Source: Phoronis australis
Lineage: Eukaryota; Animalia; Phoronida
Reading direction: 5' to 3'
Length of the DNA stretch: 64,000 bases
Assembly (NCBI GenBank): GCA_002633005.1
Contig: NMRA01000050.1
Span: 615,679-679,678, forward strand
The translations under genes were made by a program, and so were the position numbers. Positions 13,501 through 24,850 of this stretch are shown here, piece by piece (within the stretch, counting starts at the first letter, position 1; the number at the start of each line of letters is the position of its first letter). A model generated the notes under the pieces. It was given only the letters and a program-made list of their open reading frames with translations, had not been told where the DNA came from and ran no database searches.

Positions 13501-16500
13501 CTATTATTGACAGTCTGTCCATCACAAGTGGCTCCATCCACCGCTCAGCACTTAATAGGTTGAAGTCAGCAGCCACCAAGAAGAGGCCACCAGCTCCTGC
13601 TAAGCTCCGCCCACGGTCAGCAGTACCAACAGACTCTGTGTCGACTCCAGTGGTGAAGACCGAGCCACAGTCACCATTAACTGCCAGCTTATTCTCCAAT
13701 GTACCCCCTGTAATCACGTTTGTAGCTGAGGGGGAAACAGGTGTGTGGCTTTCAATATAGAATTCTTTTTTCATGAATTGCAAGTCTTTTCTTTTCAACT
13801 CAGTTCTTTTTTCAAATGAACACTGTTCTTTTGTCCTTAGTAAATAGTAATTGTTTTCAAGAAAAGATTTTAATATAGTTCATAAGAAAAGAACTGCAGT
13901 TCTCAAGAAAGGAACTGTGTTGGTGTGTAAAGCATGCACTTAATGATAACACTTTTGAGAAGTGTGAGGTGTGTAAAGCATGCAGTTATTGATAACACTT
14001 TTGAGAAATGTGAGGGAGAAAAATTGCCCCCTCTTACTGACCAGAGCATTTTCAAATTAAGTGCTAAAAAAAACAAGACTGCACCTTATCAAGTCAACTA
14101 TCATCACATAACAGTTTGTTCAAACATAACGCACCTCAGTGACTATAGAAGGTTGTATGTAAAATTGGACATTGCTGTTTATTGGCCATTTTGACCTCTC
14201 TTGTGGTTTCAGTTGAGCAGTTGCCGTGGGATATCCGTAAGTTCCTCAAGTGGAGAATGTGTTCCATCACACCCAATGTGGTGAAGAACTGCATCGCACG
14301 GTCAGGCTTCCGACCAACCAAGAGTGAGTTCATCTACAGTTAACATTGTATCACTGTCTTAAAGTGCATGGTAAAGTGCAGTGAATTCACAAAAGGGTAA
14401 TCTGTGTAAATACAGTATTGCAGTGAATTCACAAAAGGGTAATCTGTGTAAATACAGTATTGCAGTGAATTCACAAAAGGGTAATCTGTGTAAATACAGT
14501 ATTGCAGTGAATTCACAAAAGGGTAATCTGTGTAAATACAATATTCATTTCCTTTATGTGGCTCAATCAACAGCAGTAATGCAGGTTTTATTTTTGTCTT
14601 GAGGTGTGACTAATTTAATTGTGTGAATGGACTTTCAAGTAAGGAATACCGTCACCATGATTACGCGCCTTCATCGCTTAGTGTTTAAAAGAGCAATTTT
14701 TAGTGAAAATGATCAAATACCATTGATCAACATGTCTCCTGCTGGTACTTTGTTGGCAAATAAATTTAAATTGTGTGAGCTGTGTATAGCCCATGTTCAC
14801 ATGTTTCAAGGAGGATTTGTGTCATTGGATTTTGACAGCTATATTGTTTGTATCAATGAGTATTCTTTGTAATAGGTTTGCTGATTATTATGTACCAAGA
14901 GGGTGCATTGCTTTTGTGATCTTTGCATGGTTTTTATGGCTTGTTGTCAACTGGATAATTATCATCTATTTATTGCGAAAAATGTCACAGCACCACCTTA
15001 TGCCTGTTTTTTGTACTTCACTTTATGTCTCACTTGCAGAGTCCCATGACTGGCTTGGCTGCTGGGGTAAGCACATGAAAGCAACCGGCTTCAAAGCAGT
15101 CCGTGACTACCAGAAGCTGAACCATTTTCCTGGTTCATTCCAGATCGGTCGCAAAGACCGACTGTGGCGTAACCTGTCTAAGATGCAGGTGCATTTTGGG
15201 AAGAAGGAGTTCTCCTTCTTCCCGCAGACGTTTGTGTTGCCATTTGACATGAAACAACTGAAGAGGGCATGGGAGGATGCTGGCAATAAGCAGAAGTGGA
15301 TTATTAAGCCGGTGAGCTATTATGTCGCCACACTTTGTTGTAGGATTACTTGTCTTTTGTTTGTCACCTTTTGTATTTTGCAGTACTAACCAGGAGGTAC
15401 TCAGCAGTCAATGTGAAGGATGGTGTATTCTTTTTCCAGTCACTAGTTGTGTGATTGTAAATAAAATGTTTAATTTCCCTGGCTCACTCAAACAGGATCT
15501 TCTAGAGAGTCACTAGTTCAACAGTGTATATATATCACATGACATTTTAAGCATGGTCAGTGGATATTCTTGCAATATGTTTTTCCTCAATGCAGCAGTC
15601 CCAAGGTGGTCCTTGATTAGTTTCTGCATGCGTCATTTTAGCCTGCGTCTGCCCGTGGTATCGGAATTAAAGTCATCCACAAATGGAACCAGATACCCAA
15701 GAAGCGACCAGTTATAGTCCAGAAGTGAGTGTCACCTGTCAGTGTTCTGTCGGACAGTTATCAACTTTTTACATCCTGACAGTGTTGAATTTTTTCACGT
15801 ATTATTCTATAATTAACAATTAATTTCTTTCTCATTTTCTCTGTGGCTTAGCATTGACAAATGAGTTTAAACATTTTTAAATAAATCTTGAATTAGTACC
15901 CTAACATATCGATATTACTTGTTGCATAGAAATTGGGCTTTATGGATAGAAAATACTGCAATAAAATTCCAATGAAGTTTCCTCAAATTCTAACAAAAGT
16001 AATGTCCAAAAAATTTTTATATTTTTATACTTCCATTTATTTGTATTTTTACGATCGTGACAGGTGTGTCCCTGTTTAGAAGAGCATTGAGCATTGCTAA
16101 CTTGCTATGCACCCCTTTAGAGTATATTTAAAGTTTAGTAGCTCCCTTAAGGTTATCTCAAACCTTATTTAGCGACCTTAGTTCTAACTCATCTTTTTAA
16201 CAAAACAGGCCGTCAACTAGTAAAAGACAGTATATATTTTTGGAAAAAACATCGGAGATTATAAAAATATGTTATATAATATATGTATGTGCCATTATTA
16301 CTATTACTATTATTGTTATTATTACTATTACTATTATTGTTGTTATTACTTTTTGCTATTATTATTATTATTACTGTTACTATTATTATTATTATTATTA
16401 TTTTTACTACTACTACGGTTATTATTACTACTACTATTATTATTACTATTATTATTACTATTGCAATTGTTATTATGTAACACTCTTTTAAGCCAAAATG

Positions 16501-19500
16501 TCATTCTTAAGAAAGGTACATTCATAGCAAAATAACCCCTTAGTCAATTCTAATGAAACCCTTTTTAAATGAGAACTTCACAATTTACCTCTTAACCACT
16601 GAATGTACCTCGAGTCAAACAAGGACAAAGTTGGGATCAGGTAAGTAGGTCAACAGTTCATTGTGATACACATCATGCGCTGGGAGACTGATATCAAGAA
16701 ACCAAGTGCGAATTTGACAACAGAAATCGAGTCGGTCATTAAAATGCGCCGTCAGCACGATCAGATCGAAATAGCGAAATGTCAAATCACCATAATGCAT
16801 TTGGATATAGGACTTATCTTTTTTCACAGCTTGCTGCGTTGGTGAACCCAAATTCACAAGGTCGGTATGCCGACTCAGATTCACTGCATTTTGTTCTCAA
16901 TGGTCGTATGCTTGCAGATGCACAACTCCCTCAGGATCAAAACTACATTTTGTAATTGTTTTCCACGGCATCTTGCTAACATTTCACTATTCCACCATAT
17001 TGTATTCTTTTTTTTGAAGAAACTTTACCATAGTGTTAAAACTCAGCTAGTTGCTTGTCCCTGTTTCAGATATCTGGGTAAACCATACCTGATTAATGAA
17101 AGTAAGTTTGACATGAGAATCTATGTGTACGTGGCCTGCTATGACCCTCTCAGGATTTATGTCTTTGAAGATGGACTGACAAGATTTGCCTCAATGAAGT
17201 AAGTGCCATCTTGTGAAACTGTGGTTAGTGATAAGTGCACACCTAGGTCACATATCAAGAGCAAAATAATTAACTTAGTGAAAATCATTTAGCATTGGCC
17301 AGGGTTGCTTCTTGAACGGGCTCAATTCCAATCTATTAGCTTGATGGATAAGTTTCATCCTTGTGATGCCAATATTTTCTGTGTAATGGGCCTGTAAATT
17401 CATTGACAATTGAAAGTTGTCAAAGAGTTTGATATGATCCATGTTTATGTTTGAAGCAATTGACTTTACTTAAAGGGAGGTCGACCAAGAATGCATTTTA
17501 CAGTTATTTTTGGATGAGATAGACTTTTTGTAGTTGTTAGCTTTAACAGATCTATGAGTATATTATAAATCTTTAATTCTCACCATTGTCTGCCATGTAT
17601 TCACTGACTCACTCAAGTCAAGACTGGCGACTTCACCAGTTAAAGATGCTTAAAATTTAATGGATTTAGTTCGGTAGAAGAGCATTTGTCTTTGACTGCG
17701 AGGGTTCCATTTTCAATTCCACACTAAGGCTGATCTCAGAAAAAGACGTATCTCACTAAAAACGTCACTTTAACTCATCTGGAGAAAGTAAAGACATTAA
17801 GAGTGAAGTATGGCTCACAGCAGGCAAAAATGCCCAGAGGGGTGATAAACCCAATGTCACCGATTTGAACCATACTATGCATTTTAGTTACCTTTGGGAT
17901 GATAAATAAAACAGTAAAGTCCAATCTCATTTTTCCTTGTTTGAGTGGGAGAAATCAGGGAGCCTCTATTTTGGGGTTATGCCATGCAATGAACTAACCG
18001 AAAATGCCTTATTTGCACTGCACAATAAAAAATATCGGTGCACGAGACCATTATTTGTTTGTAATTTTTAAATAAAACAAGTCTTCGACAAAGATGTTAA
18101 ACAATACTCATTTACTCTGCCGCTAAGTTAAAAATTTCAGGCATAAAATATAGAGGGGTCAGAGGTTAACAAGGCATTGCAATTTCGCCAAACTTTGAGC
18201 CCGTATATCTCAGCTGGCACAACACTGATCAACACCAGACTTTTACACAAGACGTTTCTATCTTATTGCTGTTGATTAGTACAATAAAATTTTCTGGCGC
18301 TGAACATTTTTCTATACAAATTGCAAGATTGCGACAACCACCTGAGTAGAAATTACCTTCAANTGAAATTTTTAACTTAGCGGCAGAGTTAATGAGTATT
18401 GTTTAACATCTTTGTAAAGCCGAAGATTTGCTTTATTTAAAAATTACAAACAAATAATGATCTTGTGCGCCGATACTTTTTAATGTGCAGTGCAAATAAG
18501 GCATTTTCGGCGAGTTCATTACATGGCATACCCCCAAAATAGAGGCTCCCTGATTTCTCCCCCTTAAACAAGGTAAAATGAGATTGGACTTTACTGTTTT
18601 GTTTATCATCCCAAAGGTAACTAAAATGCATAGTATGGTTAAAATCGGTGACATTGGGTTTATCACCCCTCTGGGCATTTTTGCCTGCTGTGAGCCGTAC
18701 TTCACTCTTAAGTTATTGCACGCCTGCACATAGGAATCTACATCAATAAACACCTTTCTGTTGTCTTAAATTTCAGTGGTGGCCAAATTCTTCGTCACCA
18801 CTACTGGTGTCCGCGGCAGTGATAGTGATTTGATAGTATTTGTTAATAGTGATCGTAATCAACATCTTCTGTGGGGTCAAATTTAGCCATCAGTGTTGAC
18901 AGTTGTGTTTTTGCCACTATTAGTGGTTCTTTGTGCCCTCTTCTGTTTAACAAACACTGCTGATAAACCTATTCCTGTTCCACTTAATCAGCATTTTTAC
19001 AGATAGAGAAAACTTGCTTGTGTGCATGGCGGAATAGAGACTTATGGGATACCACCCCTCTGGCCACCTGGTGTCTTGACACATTATATGTTGTATCTAC
19101 TGTTAGTAGTCCAATTTCCTTCAAGCCATTGCTCATATGCCTGTGTCTATGTTACATGATGACTGTTAATTACAGGTACTCCAGTTCTATGAAGAGTTTA
19201 AACAATAAGTACATGCATCTGACCAACTATAGTATCAACAAGAAGAATGCTGACTACCAATCTAATAGTGATGATGGTGTCTGTCAGGGACATAAATGGT
19301 ATGTCCAGCTGTGCCTAAATGATATGTACAAAGATGGAGTTTGGGAATTTTGCATCAAGCGTGATGAACATTATTCCATTTTAAGCTTAGTGACTGTTTA
19401 ACTTGGATGTTAGTTTAGTTTCACCAACAAAATCTTCTGCTTTTAATCTTTTTATGTTTCTATGTTTCATTTTCATGTTGGTTTACTTTCACACACTCTA

Positions 19501-22500
19501 ATAATTCTACTGTTCTTCATTTTGATAAAAGTAACATTAGGAATAGATAAACAACAGTTAAGGTTCATCGTGTGATTTCATTGAGAAGCTTTACAGTGAA
19601 GCGTTAGTCCAGGTCTTTGCTAAATATAATTGTGAATTTGTTTTACCAAAAATCTACATTTTGCTTTTGACAGGAGCCTGAAAGCACTGTGGGGATATCT
19701 TAAGAAGAAAGGAGTTGACACCAAGCAGATATGGGAGAATATTAAAGATCTAATTGTGAAAACAATTATCTCGTAAGTTCAAATGTCTATTAAGTGTTTT
19801 CTGGAAAGACTCGATAGCTGATAGATGCTTGAGCATCTTGTGTGTCATATCAGTTTGGCAGAACTCAGTGAAAGGGTTTTGTAATTCTGCGGATCATTTT
19901 TGTGGATGTATGAAAAGAGCAATCATTTGTGAGAAAGTCATTGGTCAAGCTATGAACATGGAAAATGTAAACTTTGCCTTGTTTCCCACAAGTGAGCAGG
20001 CAAACTAAAGTTCATGCATGCAATTAATTGCAACAAGTTAAAGTGGACGTAAGCAATGCTATATTTCCTGCACACTTTGAGCCTTATTGTTTACTCTTAA
20101 AAATGTAATCTGATTAGTGATTTCAAGTTTGCATGGTGGGTCTGTTCCCCTATCTCAAATTTCCTGTCTTTGCCAGCTCCGAGTCTGCTGTTAATAGTAT
20201 GATCAAAAGTAACGTAAGAAGCCGATACAGCGTACACGAACTGTTTGGCTTTGACGTGATGCTGGATGACGCTCTCAAACCCTGGGTACTGGAGGTCAAC
20301 ATATCACCTTCGTAAGTTTTTTAATCCATGTTTTTATTACTGAATAGATTTATGTAACACAAACTATGGTAAAGTTTGTCCAATTTTGGACACAATATGG
20401 TGGACTAAAATTTATTTTATGATTTTATCAGTGCAACATCTGAAGCACAATGCATTATCATTTTACTATCAGATAAAGTTGTGAAAAATTGTTGTGGGCA
20501 TTCGCTATGATGCTAGTACCCTTCGAAAAATCAAAAAAGTATTTGTGCCAATTGTTTTTTGTCTGAGATTTTTTCTGTAAAACTTTCATTTCATGTGATA
20601 TGGAAGTTGTTTGTAATGTCTATATTTTTCTTAAATTTCAATTGTCACCTCTAAAGATTGATTTACTGCAAAAACATTCAGTTAAGTATCAAATTTTCGC
20701 TGATGGTTTCCATGGCTTATATATTTGAATGATTCCTGTAGTTGGTGAATAGCCTCCTACGTTTAAGTTTATGTAGATTTTATGTCCTGATTTATTTTGT
20801 TACTTTGATTTTATAGCCTCCACTCCAACTCACAGCTGGATATCAATGTCAAAGGTCAAATGATAAAAGATCTGCACAATCTGGCTGGATTCAGAATACC
20901 CGAGAAAAGTGATGTGACAGAGACTCCGTAAGACATTTGGCGTGTATTCCATAGACGTGACAACTTTTGAAAATACAAGATCACGCAAAGCTTTGCGAGA
21001 TTCCAGCATATTGAACAAGTGAAGCATGTGATTACACTGACTTTCTTTGCGAGACTCTTGCGTCTTTGCAACTCAGTCATGTGATATGTGTTGGTAATTT
21101 TGTGCAATATCAAGAAAAATTATGCTTTGATTGTAACGTAATAAAACGAAGTGTTGATTGAAAGTTTTAAGTGAAAATAATCGAATCAAATACCTTTGTT
21201 ATCCAGAGATAAAATTCATCTAGCTTTTTAATGAGCGTATATTACTATTAGTCAAGTGCGTGTGAATATTGACGGTTAATACAAACTGGGCATGTGCGAA
21301 TTGTTGGTGGGTTTTAAAGAGAGAGGAAGCTGAAAGGAGACAGGGGGAAGAAATGGAAACCAGATATGATGACTCAAGGGTCCCAATGTTCCTTTTGAGA
21401 CCATTGTGTTTGGTTTCTAATTTCAAAATAAGTGAAATCTCGCTGACCTTGTACCACCCCTCAAAAACAAATAGTGAGGTCCTCCATAATAGGATTGGGG
21501 AGACTGAAATGCTTGAAGGCTTGTGGGTTAAATGTTTGTGCCAGAATATGTCCATTCATGCAAATGTTCAGGGTCTCATTATATGACACACCTGAGTGTA
21601 ATTCACATAATGCAATAAATCGCTCCAGAAGATTTTCACGTAAAGTGGGTGTATTGATATTAATTGTGAGTGAATCTGTTCCCCCCTCAGCTCGATAACA
21701 CTTTCAACATTCTCTTGCAGCAGTAAATAACCATCATCCGTAGTGGTATGTGCAGTGCTGCAGTACTGTGCAGTGCTGTGCAGTGCTGCAGTACTGTGCA
21801 GTGCTGCAGTACTGTGCAGTGCTGCAGTACTGTGCAGTGCTGCAGTACTGTGCAGTGCTGCAGTACTGTGCAGTGCTGCAGTACTGTGCAGTGCTGCAGT
21901 ACTGTGCAGTGCTGCAGTACTGTGCAGTGCTGCAGTACTGTGCAGTGCTGTGCAGTGCTGCAGTACTGTGCAGTGCTGCAGTACTGTGCAGATACCGTGT
22001 TAAAGAAGTGTAGTTACACAACAAGACATAAAGATTTTGCTGCTACAGTAGTTTGTAACTTGATGTCAATCTTATTGATCCCAGTGCGTACTTGATGATG
22101 GGTACAGCGTTAAAGTACAATGTTTCTCTCTGGCTTTATCTGTACTGCGAATCTTGTTTTTGCAGGTGTAAAAGTGGCATACCTAAGGAGTTGCTGATGG
22201 ACAAGAGACTGTACTCCACACAGCTGGCCCCTGATGAGAGGGCTAAACACGCGTATTACTGTCAGAAATGGCAGGATGAGGTTGGTAAAAAAATGAGATG
22301 GACAATCGTAGTCTGTAATTTGGGTTGTGAGTGCTGAACATGCCTACTAATGTCAGAAATGGCAGGATGAGGTTGGTAACAACATGAGTTGGACAACCAT
22401 AGTCTGGTCAGAAAATAGAGCTCATCTGTGTTAGTTGTTGCTTGATAAATCATTCTTATTCTTAATTATGCTACCACATACTTATATTTGGGTGCATATT

Positions 22501-24811
22501 GCCGTCATCTCTGTCTGGGCGTCCGTGGCTGTATCTCCTAAATCCCTTGCAGGATCTTATTGAAATTTGGCAGGTGTGTTCCTATGGGGTTGACGACAGA
22601 GGGTGATGAGTTTCGGACCGACCCAAATACCGCTGTGCCCTCTAGTGGCAATTTTAGTTTTTTACGTTTGCCTCTATCTTCAAAGGTCCTTAACCGATTT
22701 TCATGAAATTTGGCACATAGGCATATACTAATGAGATGGTGCTATCCTTTCGTTTTCGGATCGATTCGAGGTATTTTGAGTCACCTAGTGGTCATTTTTA
22801 GTGTTTCAAGTGTGTTTTTGGCGTCCGTCCCTCCATCAACCAAGCCGCTCAAAGGATTGCGAAAATTGTCATGTATGTTTTTACAATGAAGTGGACAGCT
22901 GACGATGGTTTTCCGACTTCAACTACTGTGGTGCCCCCTAGTGGCAATTTTGTTTTTTTTCCATCTATAGCTGTATCTCCTAAACTGGTCGCAGGATCTT
23001 TACTAAATTTAGGAAGTGTATTTATATGATGTTAATAACGCAGGACGACTTTCGGACAGAGCTTTATTTATTATTTTACGTTTACCTCTGTATTTTCAAA
23101 GGTCCTCAACGCATTTTCATAAAATTTGGCATACAGGCATCAGTTAATGAGTTGACGCTATCTCTCCATTTTCAAATGGATTCGACCTAGTTTGCGCCAC
23201 CTAGTGGCCATTTTTACTGTTTTCGAGCATCCACTCGTTTATAAGCCAAACTGCTTTCAGGATAATTGTGAAAATTGGCATGTATGTTTTAACTAGTATG
23301 AAGTGGACAGCTGACGATAATTTTCCGACGACTTTGACTGCTGTGGCACCTCCTGTTGGCAGTTTTTTTTGCGCTCATGGCTGTATTTCCTAAGCCGTTT
23401 GCAGGATCTTTACTTAATTTAGCAAGTGTATTTATATGATGTTGACAACGGACAACGATGACTTTCGAACGCATCTGAGCACTGGTGTGCCCCCTAATGG
23501 CAATTTTAGTTTTTTACGTTTACCTCTGTATCTTCAAAGGTTCTCAACAGATTTTCATAAAATTTTGAATATAGGCATCTATTGAAGGGATGATGCTTTG
23601 CTCCTGTTTTGGATGGAATCGAGGTATTTTGTGCCACCTAGTGGCCATTTTTGCTGTTTTCAAACCCTGGTTTTGGCGTCCAACCGTCTATCAACCAAAT
23701 TCTTCTAGGGATGGTTTTGAAAACTGAAATGCTCTCAGTGTGAAGGGGACGTTTGATGATGGCAACTGACTATTGTGGTGCCTCCTAGTGGTAGTTTTGT
23801 TTTGTTTTACGCCCATTGCTGTATTAAGATAACAACAGACGACGACTTTCTGGCGGAACCAACGGATTCTGTGCCCACTCGTGGTAATTTCATTTTATTC
23901 TGTTTTCCACTGTTTCTCTGAAGTTTTTTGACAGAATTTTATGAAATATGGCATGTTCCCCTTTTTTGGATGGATTGTACATTTTTGCACCATCTAGTGT
24001 CCATTTTTATGATACAAATAAATAACCCTAAAAGCACACCATTTGCGATGCATTCGTGGGCGCATTTCAATGCTCCGCATTGCTCTTGTTATCTTATTTT
24101 GAACTTGGCAATTTTCCCTGCTGAGGTAGCACTAAACATGACTTCAAGCAATTGCTCTTTAGAATACTGGTTTAGGTGCTTGGCTCTTATGCCAGGTTTC
24201 ACAAGTTCGACTAATTGCCAGGACCAAAAACATTTAAGTGACTTGACTTGAGCATCAATCTAACATATGTGAACTGGTTACTTGGAGTCTGTGGATCCAA
24301 TCACTACTATACAGTCAGTAGCAGCAGTTTTTGTTACTTTGTTCACTTAATTTACTGCACAGTTCAGACTCATTTATCTTTTTGTAGACGGTCATTCCCA
24401 CCATCTTGGATATTTACACACCCGACGACCTCCGCGTACTAATAGAAACAATTGATGAGGACAGTCGTCGTGGCGGGTTCCAGCGTGTCTTCCCCAAGTA
24501 CAACACACACAAGTATCTCAAGTATTTTGAGGCACCACGCTATCACAATCTATTGCTGGATCAGTTTCTACAGGCCTACCACAGACAGGAGGCTAGAGGT
24601 AACACTCGCACTCCTTTGAAACATGCACGTTTATCAAAAAGAGTTGTTTTCGTTGTAATACTGGCTTTTTAAAGTTATCTCAAACTTTATTTAGTGGCCT
24701 CCAATTGAATGTAACTCGTTTTTCAAAAAACCAGGCTTTGTCAACTAGTAAAAGTATATATTTTCTGAAAGAAAAAAGATCAGGGATTATAAAAATATGT
24801 TTTATGTGTGC

Positions 24812-24850
<39 letters not shown>

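Noticed and set aside
14340-14602. Repetitive ORFs, or a CRISPR-like array, in the 42-bp repeat
   Set aside because: Units are contiguous and identical with no unique spacers; an intronic minisatellite in eukaryotic DNA.
16240-16535. Poly-Tyr/Leu/Ile ORFs
   Set aside because: Translations of a trinucleotide microsatellite.
21734-22095. Cys-rich repetitive ORFs (STVQCC)n
   Set aside because: Translations of an 18-bp intronic minisatellite that is open in several frames; the flanking TTLL4 exons join in phase without it.
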